Of a stretch of 64,000 nucleotides of DNA, positions 28,959 through 40,162 are shown one piece after another (positions within the stretch are counted from its first letter, which is position 1; each line of letters starts with the position of its first letter). Location: positions 32,001 to 96,000 of the forward strand of contig CAXXNO010000011.1 of NCBI GenBank assembly GCA_963663235.2. Direction: 5' to 3'. The stretch is from Dehalococcoidia bacterium (GTDB lineage: Bacteria; Chloroflexota; Dehalococcoidia; Bin125). The position numbers were made by a program, and so were the translations under genes. The notes beneath the pieces were generated by a model. That model was not told the origin of the DNA, did not search any database, and saw nothing but the letters and a program-made list of their open reading frames with translations.

Positions 28959-30055
28959 TAGTGCTCCCGCTGTAGGAGGAAGTCGGCCACGGCGCCGAAC
29001 TCCCGCTGGCCTTCCGGCGAAAGGCCGCAGCCATCGAGCTCAGATACGAACGCCTGGTACTCCTTATGGGCCGCTTGGGTGGTGGCGGCGGCCGCGTCGA
29101 CCGAGTTCATGACGGCCAACACCGCTTGCACGTCGTCGTCCGAGAGTTCGGACTGCCGGTACGTGCGCCGCAGCCTCTCACGCTCCGGCTGCCCCGCGGC
29201 GGCGAAGGTGTACACCACCGGGAACGATTTCTTGCGGCGCCGGATGTCGTTGTCGCTGGACTTGCCCGTCATCGCGCTATCGCCCCAGATACCCAGGTAG
29301 TCGTCGCGGATCTGAAACAGCAACCCCAGCCGGCGGCCCGCGACGCGGAGGCGCGCGGCCAGGTCGGGATCGCCGCTGGCCAGCAGCCCGCCCAGTTGCA
29401 GGCTGCACCCCATCATCGCGCCGGTCTTCCGCTCGATCATGTCCAGGTAGTCCGCCAGCGTGACCTCCGTTCGCTCCTCGAACGTCAAGTCTAGGTACTG
29501 CCCCTCAATCATCTCGAGGCCGGCGGCGCTGAGCGCATCGAGCGCCGCGATGACCGACGCCGCGGGAGCTCCGGCGAGTCCGGCTCGCTGCAAGGCGAAC
29601 TGCGCCAACTCACGCAGCGCATCACCGACGTTGATGCCCTGGGCCTTGCCCCATTGCACCCACACGGTGGGTCGATGGTGCCGTTCGCGATCCCCGTCCT
29701 GGATGTCGTCATGCACGAGGCTGTAGTTGTGCACGAACTCGACCGCCGCCGCGCCGGCCAGCGCGCGATGCTGAGCCGCCTCGGTGCCCTCCAGCGCGTC
29801 CGCGGCGAGGAGGCAGAGCGCGGGCCGCATGCCTTTACCGGCGCTCTGATCACGGGGGCTCCCGTCGGCCTCCTGCCAGCCCAGGTGGTAGCGCAGCATC
29901 TCGTAGATCGGGAGGGTGCGGCCGTCGAGCACCGCCTGCATCTCCCGCAGGACCATCGGCCGATACCGCTGCAGTGCCGCTGGCATCTCCACGGCGCTGT
30001 CCGCCCCCCCGACGACGAATCGTAGCGCGGTTAGCCGCTCTGCGTGCTCCGGCAT
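28958..30055 (-). CDS. Short-chain polyprenyl (FPP/GGPP) synthase
   Basis: 'GKGMRP', FARM 'YSLVHDDIQDGD' with an aromatic residue at -5, SARM 'FQIRDDYL'. Confidence 0.92.
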   Translation of the reverse strand: MPEHAERLTALRFVVGGADSAVEMPAALQRYRPMVLREMQAVLDGRTLPIYEMLRYHLGWQEADGSPRDQSAGKGMRPALCLLAADALEGTEAAQHRALAGAAAVEFVHNYSLVHDDIQDGDRERHHRPTVWVQWGKAQGINVGDALRELAQFALQRAGLAGAPAASVIAALDALSAAGLEMIEGQYLDLTFEERTEVTLADYLDMIERKTGAMMGCSLQLGGLLASGDPDLAARLRVAGRRLGLLFQIRDDYLGIWGDSAMTGKSSDNDIRRRKKSFPVVYTFAAAGQPERERLRRTYRQSELSDDDVQAVLAVMNSVDAAAATTQAAHKEYQAFVSELDGCGLSPEGQREFGAVADFLLQREH

Positions 30056-30465
30056 CTATCACAGGTTCCGAAGATGGCGAAGTGGTCCAGGTCCGCTGCG
30101 AATCCCAGTTCGCTCAAGAGGGTGTCCCCCAGCGCCTGCAAGTAGCGGTGGTGGAGGGCGGCCGTTGCGCCGCAGCGTTGGCAGATCAGATGGTGGTGCC
30201 GGTCCCTGCCCATCCACTCGAACGCGGCTTCCCCGGCGCCCAGGTCCGTCTCCGTGACCAGCCCTGATTCCTTCAGTGCCCCCAACGTGCGATAGACCGT
30301 GCTGGCATCCACGTCCGGATACGCGCGCCGCACCTCTTCCAGCAGCTCGTTCGCACTGCGATGCCCGCCCGCGTGGCGGAGAGCCGCCAGGATGAGCCGC
30401 CGCTGCGGCGTCAAGCGAAGTCCACGCTCGCGGAGGGCCTGGGCTGAAGATTTTTCGCAGGACAT
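30031..30465 (-). CDS. Fur-family transcriptional regulator
   Basis: 'RLTPQR', 'STVYRTL', 'HHHLICQRCG', 'GTCDRC'. Confidence 0.92.
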   Translation of the reverse strand: MSCEKSSAQALRERGLRLTPQRRLILAALRHAGGHRSANELLEEVRRAYPDVDASTVYRTLGALKESGLVTETDLGAGEAAFEWMGRDRHHHLICQRCGATAALHHRYLQALGDTLLSELGFAADLDHFAIFGTCDRCRSTQSG

Positions 30466-30586
30466 GCGGCCTTCTGGACCTCACTTTAGCAGGAGCGCCG
30501 GGGCCGCCGCCGGGTAGGGTCCCGAGACCGCCGCCGTCGTCGATGCGGGAGCGGCTGTGGAGAGCAGAGAGCGGGAGGTGGCGCGT

Positions 30587-31150
30587 TCAAGCGTCCACGC
30601 CGCCCCGGCGCGTGGCGCGCGGGGCGGCCCGCCCGGCGTGATGCTCCTCGTAGCGGGCGAGGTCGTACAGCACGGATGAGGCGCGATTCAGGTACCGCAT
30701 CGTCTCGGGATTGACCGGGTGGCCCGCATCCCGCAGACGGCTGGCCTCCCGTTCCGCGCGACGGATGATCGTCCTGGCAAGGTCCAGCGCCCCGCCCGCG
30801 GGGGTCTCACCCGGCAGGACGAACTCCTTGGGTGGGGGGGCGTCCGCCTCCAGTTCCTCGGCGATGGCTTCCAGGCGCTCGACATCGGCTGCTGTGGTGC
30901 CGAACTCCGGGGGGGGTTCCTTGTCGGCGGCCACGGCGAGCTCCGCCATGATCAGGTACAGGCGGTGCTGGAGCTCCTTGACGAAGGCGTTGGTCTTGGG
31001 AGCCTCGGCCAGCGCGCGCGCCAGCCCCAGCGCGCTCGACGCCTCGTCGATCGCACCGAAGGTCTCCGGCTGCGGATGATGCTTGGGCACCCGGCTGCCG
31101 CCGAAGAGGGTTGTGCTGCCGTCGTCGCCCTGGCGTGTGTAGTGGGGCAT
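30587..31150 (-). CDS. PduO-type cob(I)alamin adenosyltransferase
   Basis: 'YTRQGDDGST', 'GAIDEASS', 'FVLPG', 'ARTIIRRAER', 'YLNRAS'. Confidence 0.9.
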   Translation of the reverse strand: MPHYTRQGDDGSTTLFGGSRVPKHHPQPETFGAIDEASSALGLARALAEAPKTNAFVKELQHRLYLIMAELAVAADKEPPPEFGTTAADVERLEAIAEELEADAPPPKEFVLPGETPAGGALDLARTIIRRAEREASRLRDAGHPVNPETMRYLNRASSVLYDLARYEEHHAGRAAPRATRRGGVDA

Positions 31151-31194
31151 GGGGCGATTCTAGCCGGGGGCGCCGGCCCGCGCTTGCCCCCGGG

Positions 31195-31713
31195 CTATGG
31201 GGGATCGCTCCCCAGCCCTTCGGCGATGAAGCTGTCGGCCAGCTCCCGGTACGTGCTGCCGAAGTACGCGGCGGCCGTCGACTGCTCCTCGGTGATCGGA
31301 CGCACCTCGGCCGGTACCCCAACAATGAAAGAGCGGTTCGGCACCTTGGTCCCGGGCCGCAGGACCGCGCCCGCGGCGACCACGCAGTTGCTGCCGATCT
31401 CCGCGCCGTCCAGGAGCGTCGCGTGGTTGCCGATGAGCGTGTCGTCGCCGATGCGACTGCAATGCACCACGACGTTATGGCCGATTGTGACGTTATCGCC
31501 GATCTCGATCGGATCGCCCTGGTGCAGCGTGGAGTTGTCCTCGATGTGCGTGTTGCGGCCGATGCGGATCGAGGCGAAGTCGGCGCGGATCACGGCGCCG
31601 GGCCACACCGAGGACCCCTCGCCGATCGTGACGTCGCCGACGACATAGGCGGCTTCGCTGATGAAGGCCGATGGCGCGATCTGTGGCGTCTTGCCCCGGT
31701 AGCTGCGGATCAT
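31195..31713 (-). CDS. Gamma-class carbonic anhydrase family (YrdA/CaiE-like)
   Basis: Hexapeptide repeats with 'VIRAD', 'TLH', 'IGHNVVVH'. Confidence 0.9.
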   Translation of the reverse strand: MIRSYRGKTPQIAPSAFISEAAYVVGDVTIGEGSSVWPGAVIRADFASIRIGRNTHIEDNSTLHQGDPIEIGDNVTIGHNVVVHCSRIGDDTLIGNHATLLDGAEIGSNCVVAAGAVLRPGTKVPNRSFIVGVPAEVRPITEEQSTAAAYFGSTYRELADSFIAEGLGSDPP

Positions 31714-31760
31714 TGGGCGGCAGAATAGCGCGCCCGCGCCGGTGGCTCAATGCGCGATGC

Positions 31761-32258
31761 TCACACCAGGTACACGGTGGCGACGCCCGGCCGGCCCTGG
31801 CGATCGAGAGCCGGCAGGCTTTGCATCCGCGGCCTCGGCCGATCGCCCAACACGTGCTCGGCGATCATCCCGTGCAGCCGCACGACGGATCCCTGCGCGG
31901 CCATTTCCTTGATGTGCGGGAGGTCGAGGAATTCGGCGGCATCGACCTCGTGGCCGTCGGGCGCCGGCGGGCCGGCCGCGTTTACCGCGAGGGCGACGAA
32001 GGTGTCCGATCCCGACGCCGCGGTCAGGGATCGCACGGCGACGAGCCGGCCGGCCGTGCCCTGGAGCCCCGCCTCTTCGCGCAGCTCGCGCACCGCACCG
32101 TCGGCCAGCGACTCGCCGGCTTCCAAGCCGCCGTTGGGGATCACCCATCGGCCGCGCGCCCAGCCGTAGGCCATCCGCACCAGCAGCAGTCGGCCCTGCC
32201 GCGCGACAACAGCGCCGACGCCGACTTGCCTGAGTCCCTCTCCGGCGGATGCGCTCAT
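31761..32258 (-). CDS. NUDIX hydrolase
   Basis: Nudix box 'GGLEAGESLADGAVRELREEAG'. Confidence 0.88.
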   Translation of the reverse strand: MSASAGEGLRQVGVGAVVARQGRLLLVRMAYGWARGRWVIPNGGLEAGESLADGAVRELREEAGLQGTAGRLVAVRSLTAASGSDTFVALAVNAAGPPAPDGHEVDAAEFLDLPHIKEMAAQGSVVRLHGMIAEHVLGDRPRPRMQSLPALDRQGRPGVATVYLV

Positions 32259-32273
32259 TGATCGCGTGACGCC

Positions 32274-32636
32274 CTAGGCCGTTCCCGCGTCATTGGCGGG
32301 ATCGAAGTCGATGCACCAGATGGGGCGAGCGCGCAGGCGCTTCCAGTCGGCGGCTGTCATGGACTCGGGCTCCAGGTGATTGATCGCGGCGAAGTAGCGC
32401 TCAAACTCTTTCCGGCGCCGGCCACTCCAGCCTTCCAGCGCGAGGTCCCGCTCGGTGAGGCCGGCCAAGGTGCAGCGACGGACCCCCGTCACCCGGATCC
32501 GGCCGAGCGCGGGCGAATAGTACGACGTCTGCACCGCGTAGGTGCGGCCCGGGTGCACCCGCGGTCGTTTCAGGCGGACCGTCTGGCGCTTGTCGCCGCG
32601 GAGGACGGCCGCAACGAACTCCTTCTTGAAGAGCAT
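32274..32636 (-). CDS. ASCH domain protein
   Basis: 'MLFKKEFVAAVLRGDKRQTVR' GxKxxTxR signature; 'LTERDLALEG'. Confidence 0.8.
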   Translation of the reverse strand: MLFKKEFVAAVLRGDKRQTVRLKRPRVHPGRTYAVQTSYYSPALGRIRVTGVRRCTLAGLTERDLALEGWSGRRRKEFERYFAAINHLEPESMTAADWKRLRARPIWCIDFDPANDAGTA

Positions 32637-32873
32637 GCGGCGAGGGTAGCGGACGGCCGCCGGTGAATCCGGCGGTTCACCCGGGAGATTCCAGGATAAC
32701 CCCGACGCCTCCAGCGGGCGGCAGATCGGACAGTGGTTCCAACGAGCGCGCGTCGCCACGCGCTCTGGAAGAGAGTCGATGTTTGCCCTGCGAGCGCTGA
32801 GTGCTGTGGCAAGCGGCCTGTTGTTGTTCGCGGCCGTTCTGCTGCCGGCGATCCTGATCCCGCTGCTGGCTGG

Positions 32874-33389
32874 CTAGCGCGCCGGGTCCGGCGAGGCCGT
32901 CTGGAAGGCGCGAAAGGCCGGCTCGTCAAAGAGGACGAAGCGGAGCAGAGGCACACTCTCCTCTTTCCCGGACCGCTCTCGCGCGGCGCGCACCATGATG
33001 GTTGCGCATTCCTCTAGCGGGAATCCTCCCACCCCCGTGCCCAGCGCCGGGAACGCCACCGAGCGCAGCTTGAGCTTCTCAGCCTCCCGCAGTGCGCCTT
33101 CCGTGGCGCGCCGGATCGCGGAGCCGTCCGTCTTGAGGTCTTGCCCCATGACGGCGGCGTGGATCACGTGCTTCGCGGGGAGCGTGCCGCCGCCCGTGAC
33201 TACCGCCCGGCCGACTTTGATGGGCCCCTGGCGGATGGCGGCGTCCTCGATGCCGCGGCCGCCACGCCGCACGATCGCGCCGGCCACACCAGCCCCCATC
33301 CAGAGATGATCGTTGGCCGCGTTGACAATGGCGTCGACCGCTTGCTCCGTGATGTCGCCCTGCACAACCTCGATGCGAGTGTCCGTCAT
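32874..33389 (-). CDS. Macro domain protein (O-acetyl-ADP-ribose deacetylase-like)
   Basis: 'GDIT', 'IVNAAN', 'GVAGAI', 'VIHA', 'AFPALGTGVGG'. Confidence 0.93.
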   Translation of the reverse strand: MTDTRIEVVQGDITEQAVDAIVNAANDHLWMGAGVAGAIVRRGGRGIEDAAIRQGPIKVGRAVVTGGGTLPAKHVIHAAVMGQDLKTDGSAIRRATEGALREAEKLKLRSVAFPALGTGVGGFPLEECATIMVRAARERSGKEESVPLLRFVLFDEPAFRAFQTASPDPAR

Positions 33390-33477
33390 AGCGCGGCGAT
33401 TGTTCCGTGTGGCCCGCGGGATGTCAACGACGCGGGAAAGCGTCTAGCCTGTATAGGAGTGGGCCAAGGGGGATGGC

Positions 33478-34653
33478 ATGGCGCACGCTCGGCGTGTGGC
33501 GGCGTCGGCTACGGCCGGGCCACCGCGCCCGCCTTCTCGTCGGCTGCGATTGCGACGGTCGGCCCTCTCGGCGATGGCGCTCGCCGGCGTCGCGCTGTCC
33601 GTGATCGCGGCGGCGTGCGACGGCGGTGCGATCACGGACAGCGCGACGCCCGATCCGGCCCTGACCGCGGCGCCGACGCCCGATCCGACGGTGACCGACG
33701 TGTCCGCTCGCGACACGGATCCTGTACTGGACGCGGATCTGGCTGCGGCGACGACCGGCGGAGAAGCGCGCGCCTTGCAGGGCACGGTTGGCGAAGACGC
33801 CATGCCGGAGGAGCCCTCGACCGCCTCGGCGGGCGACTCGTCGTCCGCCGGTCCGATGCCGGTGAGAGAGCGGATCACGATCCAGCGGCCGCTCTCGCTC
33901 TTGTCGCACGCCGCGGCTGAGTTCATCGCCACTCGCGCTGGGCGGGTGAGCGTCACCGTGATTGATTTGCAGGAGGGAGTCGCCTATTACCACCGGCCCG
34001 ACTTGCGCTTCGAGCTCGTCAGCGTGGGCAAGGTGCCGATCCTGATCACGCTCTTGGAGCGGGCGCAACTGGGCCGGCGAGAGCTGTACGCATGGGAAGC
34101 AGACCAGGCCCAGCTGATGATCGTCTCCAGCGATAACGATGCAACCACCATCGTCTGGAGCCGAGTCGGCCGCGACGTGGGCGTCGCGGGGATCCTGCGG
34201 CGCATCGGCCTCGGATCGCCGCAATTCGAGCTGGTGTGGGACTGGGGCGCCATGGAGGCCGGTGCGCTCGCTGTGGCGTTGCTATTCGCCGAGGTGGCGG
34301 ACGGGGAGATCCTCAGCGACGAGACGCAGGCCGCCTCGCTGGACCTGCTGCGCAAAATCGACGACGAGCACACGTGGGGCGTGACCGCCGGATTCGAGAC
34401 CGCGGCCGCAGGCGAGACGCTGGCGTTCAAGAACGGCTGGTACTGGTTCGAGGAGGCGGGCGCTTGGGCGGTCCACAGCGTGGGCGTCGTGCTGGATGCG
34501 GCGGGCGAGGCGCGCTATGTGGTGGCGGTGCTCAGCGACGGCCAGGCGACGCATCCCGATGGCATCGATACCATCGAGGGGATCGCCCGCGAGATCCATC
34601 AGGCTCTGTCGCCGGTCGCGGCGGCCCCAGCGCCACCTCATTTTTGGCGCTGA
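33478..34653 (+). CDS. Class A beta-lactamase-like serine hydrolase, probable lipoprotein
   Basis: SxxK 'SVGK', 'SDN', KNG in place of KTG; 'AAAC' lipobox. Confidence 0.78.
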   Translation: MAHARRVAASATAGPPRPPSRRLRLRRSALSAMALAGVALSVIAAACDGGAITDSATPDPALTAAPTPDPTVTDVSARDTDPVLDADLAAATTGGEARALQGTVGEDAMPEEPSTASAGDSSSAGPMPVRERITIQRPLSLLSHAAAEFIATRAGRVSVTVIDLQEGVAYYHRPDLRFELVSVGKVPILITLLERAQLGRRELYAWEADQAQLMIVSSDNDATTIVWSRVGRDVGVAGILRRIGLGSPQFELVWDWGAMEAGALAVALLFAEVADGEILSDETQAASLDLLRKIDDEHTWGVTAGFETAAAGETLAFKNGWYWFEEAGAWAVHSVGVVLDAAGEARYVVAVLSDGQATHPDGIDTIEGIAREIHQALSPVAAAPAPPHFWR

Positions 34654-34683
34654 GGTGTCGTCGGCCTGGTGACAGGATCTGGC

Positions 34684-34707
34684 GAGGGGTGGATGGTCAC
34701 ACCCCTC
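34684..34707. terminator. Hairpin between convergent genes
   Basis: GAGGGGTG...CACCCCTC 8-bp stem; no U-tract. Confidence 0.35.
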
Positions 34708-34903
34708 CCGTCGGCGGGCACGGGTGGGGGAGCGGAGGCTGCGGTGGGTCGGCACGCATGCGCGCGATGAGCGGCGTTCGCAGCGGCCCTAATCGCCGCG
34801 GCGAACGCCCTCGCGTGCGCCGGCGACGATCCCGGACCCGCATCCAGCGCCGCCGTTTCGCGTCCGCGTCCTCTGCCCGGGTGACGCCAAGCGTTCCGAC
34901 GAC

Positions 34904-35212
34904 CTAGAAGATCCCCAGCTCGAACTTGGCTTCGTCGCTGGCCATCTCACGCGGGTCCCAGGGCGGACTGAAGACGAGCTCCAGCTCGACCTCCTCGACC
35001 CCTTCGACGTTGCTCGCGGCCTCCTGGATCTGCGCTTGCAGCATGGGGCCGACGGGGCAGGCGGGCGAGGTCAGCGTGTACAGGATCTTGGCGGTCTTGC
35101 CGTCTTCCGCCAGGTCGACCTCGTAGATCAGGCCGAGGTCCACGATGTTGATCCCAATTTCGGGATCGAAGACGGTCTTGAGCACGCTTCGGACTTCTTC
35201 CGCCGTCGCCAT
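34904..35212 (-). CDS. sufT: SufT / DUF59 Fe-S assembly protein
   Basis: 'VFDPEIGINIVDLGLIY', 'TLTSPACP', 'PPW'. Confidence 0.9.
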   Translation of the reverse strand: MATAEEVRSVLKTVFDPEIGINIVDLGLIYEVDLAEDGKTAKILYTLTSPACPVGPMLQAQIQEAASNVEGVEEVELELVFSPPWDPREMASDEAKFELGIF

Positions 35213-35223
35213 GGTGTGTCTCC

Positions 35224-35742
35224 CTATTGCTCCGCCGCTGGGACGGCGAGGCGCGTCTGGATGTCGCTATCGCGCTCCATCTCGCTGCCGGTGGCTTCGG
35301 CCAGCGCTTGCTCTAGCACTTTCCAGCCCAGCAGCGCGCACTTGATACGGACGGGGAAGCGGGCGACGCCATGCAGCGCCTCCAACTCGCCGATCTCGAC
35401 GGTGTCCGGGTCGAAGTCTTCGTGCGTGAGCATCTTCTGCACCGCAGCCGATAGCGCCCGCACCGCGTCGATCGAGCTGCCCGCGACCTCATCGGTCATC
35501 ATCGAGGCCGACGACTGGCTGATGGAGCAGCCGTGTCCGCGGAAGCGGATTGCCCCCACCTTACCGTCATCCAACCGGATCGCGACCTGTAGTTCGTCGC
35601 CGCAAGCGGGGTTCATGCCCTCGGCGACCACCGTGGCGTCGTCCAGCGGGCCCTGATTGCGCGGCTGACGGTAGTGGTCCAGGATCAGATCACGATAGAG
35701 ATCGTCGAGCTGGACGGGGTGCTCGCTCTCGCGACTCGCCAC
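35224..35742 (-). CDS. sufU: SUF NifU-family sulfur transfer protein
   Basis: 'ILDHY..PRN', 'NPACGD', 'GCSISQSS', 'RIKCALL'. Confidence 0.93.
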   Translation of the reverse strand: MASRESEHPVQLDDLYRDLILDHYRQPRNQGPLDDATVVAEGMNPACGDELQVAIRLDDGKVGAIRFRGHGCSISQSSASMMTDEVAGSSIDAVRALSAAVQKMLTHEDFDPDTVEIGELEALHGVARFPVRIKCALLGWKVLEQALAEATGSEMERDSDIQTRLAVPAAEQ

Positions 35743-36998
35743 TAGATCCCGCCGTTCCCCTGCCCGAAGATGCGCGCTGCTTCCTGCAGCGCGTCGATGA
35801 AGACATCCACCTCGTCGGGACGATTGTAGACGTAGAAGCTGACGCGGGCCGTGGCGGGGACGCCTAGGCGGCGCATCAGCGGCTGAGCGCAGTGATGTCC
35901 CGCCCGCAGCGCAACCCCCCGCCCATCCACGATGGTGCTGATGTCATGCGGGTGAATGTCCAGGTAGTTGAAGGAGACCACGCCGCCTCGCCCGCCCGGA
36001 TCGGTGGGACCGTAGATCGTCAGCCCTTCCATGGCGCTCATGCGGTCCAGGGCGTAGGCGGTGAGCTCAATCTCGTGCGCGCGGACGGCGTCTATCCCCA
36101 ATCCGTCGAGGTAGGAGAGCGCTGCCCCGAAGGCGATCACGTCCGCGATATTCGGCGTGCCCGCCTCGAACTTGTGCGGAACGGCGGCCCACGTCGATGT
36201 CTCGGGCGTCACCACGCTGATCATCTCCCCGCCGCCGAGAAACGGGTCCATCTCCTCCAGCAGATCGCGCCGGCCGTAGAGCACGCCGACGCCCGTCGGC
36301 CCCAGCATCTTGTGCGCGGAGAACGCGAGGAAGTCCGCCCCCAGCGCCTCCACGTCGACGGGGAGGTGCGGCACGCTCTGCGCGCCGTCCACCACCATGA
36401 TCGCGCCGGCGCCCTGCGCCAGTTCCGCCAGATCGGCGATGGGGTTGATCGTCCCCAGGACATTGGACATGTGCGTCACGGAGACGATTTTCGTCCGCGG
36501 GCCGATCAGATCCTTCGCTTGCGCCAGGCTGAGCCGGCCCTCGTCGTCCACGTCCAGAAAGCGCAACACGGCGCCACTGCGCTGCGCCAGGAGTTGCCAG
36601 GGCACCAGATTGGAGTGGTGCTCCATGCCCGTGAGCACAATCTCATCGCCGGCTTGAAGCCGTCGGCCCCAGCTGTACGCGATCAGGTTCAACGACTCCG
36701 TGGTGTTTCGCGTGAAGACGATGTTCCGCGGGTCTGGGGCATTGATCAGCGACGCGACCTGTGTGCGCACGGCCTCATAGGCGGTCGTGGCCTCCTCCGC
36801 CAGGGTGTGCAGCCCACGATGGATGTTGGCGTTCGTCGTCTCGTAGTAGTGGGTGAGCGCGTCGATCACGGCCTGCGGCTTTTGCGTGGTCGCGGCATTG
36901 TCCAGGTAGACGAGGGGATACCCATTCACCGTCCGGCCAAGGATCGGAAAGTCCGCGCGGACGAGATCGACGTCCAAGGTCGCGCTCCTGGCGATCAT
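35742..36998 (-). CDS. sufS: Cysteine desulfurase (SufS)
   Basis: 'YLDNAATTQKP', 'EHHSN', 'SAHKMLGP', 'RAGHHCAQP'. Confidence 0.95.
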   Translation of the reverse strand: MIARSATLDVDLVRADFPILGRTVNGYPLVYLDNAATTQKPQAVIDALTHYYETTNANIHRGLHTLAEEATTAYEAVRTQVASLINAPDPRNIVFTRNTTESLNLIAYSWGRRLQAGDEIVLTGMEHHSNLVPWQLLAQRSGAVLRFLDVDDEGRLSLAQAKDLIGPRTKIVSVTHMSNVLGTINPIADLAELAQGAGAIMVVDGAQSVPHLPVDVEALGADFLAFSAHKMLGPTGVGVLYGRRDLLEEMDPFLGGGEMISVVTPETSTWAAVPHKFEAGTPNIADVIAFGAALSYLDGLGIDAVRAHEIELTAYALDRMSAMEGLTIYGPTDPGGRGGVVSFNYLDIHPHDISTIVDGRGVALRAGHHCAQPLMRRLGVPATARVSFYVYNRPDEVDVFIDALQEAARIFGQGNGGI

Positions 36999-37318
36999 CC
37001 CGCACCCTCCAGGTCGATTTGCACCTCGTCGCCCACCACGCGGGTGGGGTAGGCGCGGACGGGCTTCACGGCGGGGAGGGTCTTGGGCGTGCCGGTGCGG
37101 ACGTCGAAGAGAGCGCCGTGGCGTGGGCATTCGACCCGGTCATCCCGCAAGGTCCCCTCGCCCAGGGGGCCGTTGTCGTGTGTGCAGACGTTGTCGATGG
37201 CGTAGAACTCGTCGCCCGCCACGTGGCACAGAGCGATGCTGTGCCCGTCCACGTCGACGACGATCACTTCGTTCTCCGGGACATCGGACGCCTTGGCCAC
37301 GGGGACGTATTCACTCAC
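36995..37318 (-). CDS. Rieske 2Fe-2S ferredoxin of the SUF operon
   Basis: CTH...CPRH ligands. Confidence 0.92.
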   Translation of the reverse strand: MSEYVPVAKASDVPENEVIVVDVDGHSIALCHVAGDEFYAIDNVCTHDNGPLGEGTLRDDRVECPRHGALFDVRTGTPKTLPAVKPVRAYPTRVVGDEVQIDLEGAG

Positions 37319-38649
37319 GCGCCCACTCCGTTGTGCAGCTTGGCGTTGATCAGCCCTTCAACCACCTCGCGGACGTGGGCATCTGGCAGACGCTCTACTG
37401 CGACTTGCAGGAATCCCTGCACCACCATGCGCTCGGCGATGTCCTTGGGGATGCCGCGCGCCTGGAGATAGAAGATGTGCTCGGCGTCCACTGGGCCCAC
37501 CGCCGCTGCGTGCGAGCACTTGACGTCATCGGCTTCGATCTCCAGGACGGGGATCGGGTTCGCGCTGGCACCCTCGCTGAGCAACAGGTTGCGCATGGTC
37601 TGGAATCCGCTCGTCTTCTGACCCTCCGGGAAAATCTTGATCACGCCGTACTGCACGGCGTTCGCCCGCTCGATGAGGGCGCCCTTGATGAGCAGGTCGC
37701 TGGCGCCGCCGACGCCCCGGTGGTTTTGATGGGTGTTGTACTCCACGTGCTGGCTGTCGCCGCCGACGAACAGCCCGACCAAGTCGGCCTTGCTGCCGTC
37801 GCCGTCCAGGTCCACCTCGATGCGCTCCCGATTGAATGTCGCCCCGAACACGGTGGACGCGATAAGCACCCGCGAGTCCCGATCCAGTCGGGCCCGGGTG
37901 GTCACGAACGCGTTCACGTCCGCCCCCCAGCGCTGCAACTCGACGAGCCGCACGTGCGCGGCGCTCTCCGCGATGATCTCCACCGTGCGGTGGCTGAGTG
38001 ACGGCGTCGGGGCGTCGTCGGACATCGCCGCCTCCACCAGCGTCAGCGCGCTTCCGTTCTTGGCCACGATGAGCGTATGACCGAACAGCCCTTGGCCTGC
38101 GCCCGTTTTGCCCACGAGGTGGAACAGGGCCGGCGTGACGTCGGTGTCTGGCGGCACGTAGCAGAACAGGCCCTGCGTCCAGAGCGCGCCGCTGAGTGCG
38201 GTGAAACGGTCTTCGTCCAGGGCGACCACGGAGTTGAGATGCGGCCGGACGAGCGCTTCGTGCTCTCGGGCCGCCTGCGAGAGAGGGAGCAGGAGCACGC
38301 CTTGATCGGCCGTGGCGTCCGCGATCTCCTGATCCCTGACGGCGCCGTCCACGTGCACAATGAGCCCGGCCCGCTCTTCGGCGGCGGCGGCCAGCAGGGC
38401 CGGCGCCGGCGCGGCGCCATTCGCGTCCATCAGCAGGCGGTAGCTCTCCAGCGGCACCTCCGCCAAGGGCGTGCGCCGCCACTCCTCCTCTTCACCGCTC
38501 GGCCAGTCGAGCGCGTCGTAGGCGGTGAGCGCGCGAAGCCGGTGCTCCAGGAGCCAGCGCGGCTCGTCCAAGGCCAACGAGACGGCCTCGACCAACTCGC
38601 GCGTCGGCGCGCCGGTCAAGGGCTCATCCAGCACGGCGGCGTTTGTCAC
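37315..38649 (-). CDS. sufD: Fe-S cluster assembly protein SufD
   Basis: 'EEWRRT', beta-helix region, 'PVLEIEADDVKCSHAA', 'FYLQARG'. Confidence 0.92.
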   Translation of the reverse strand: MTNAAVLDEPLTGAPTRELVEAVSLALDEPRWLLEHRLRALTAYDALDWPSGEEEEWRRTPLAEVPLESYRLLMDANGAAPAPALLAAAAEERAGLIVHVDGAVRDQEIADATADQGVLLLPLSQAAREHEALVRPHLNSVVALDEDRFTALSGALWTQGLFCYVPPDTDVTPALFHLVGKTGAGQGLFGHTLIVAKNGSALTLVEAAMSDDAPTPSLSHRTVEIIAESAAHVRLVELQRWGADVNAFVTTRARLDRDSRVLIASTVFGATFNRERIEVDLDGDGSKADLVGLFVGGDSQHVEYNTHQNHRGVGGASDLLIKGALIERANAVQYGVIKIFPEGQKTSGFQTMRNLLLSEGASANPIPVLEIEADDVKCSHAAAVGPVDAEHIFYLQARGIPKDIAERMVVQGFLQVAVERLPDAHVREVVEGLINAKLHNGVGA

Positions 38650-38749
38650 TCAACGGTCCTTCGTTCGTCGGGCCGGCCGGACGCGTGGGATGGTCCATCC
38701 GCACGCGCCGGCGCCGGGCGCCGGGCGCCGGTGAGGCTCGCTGCCGGCT

Positions 38750-40158
<1,409 letters not shown>

Positions 40159-40162
<4 letters not shown>

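Noticed and set aside
33478-34653. True beta-lactam resistance gene
   Set aside because: KNG replaces KTG and no canonical omega-loop ExxLN is seen; better treated as a generic serine hydrolase.
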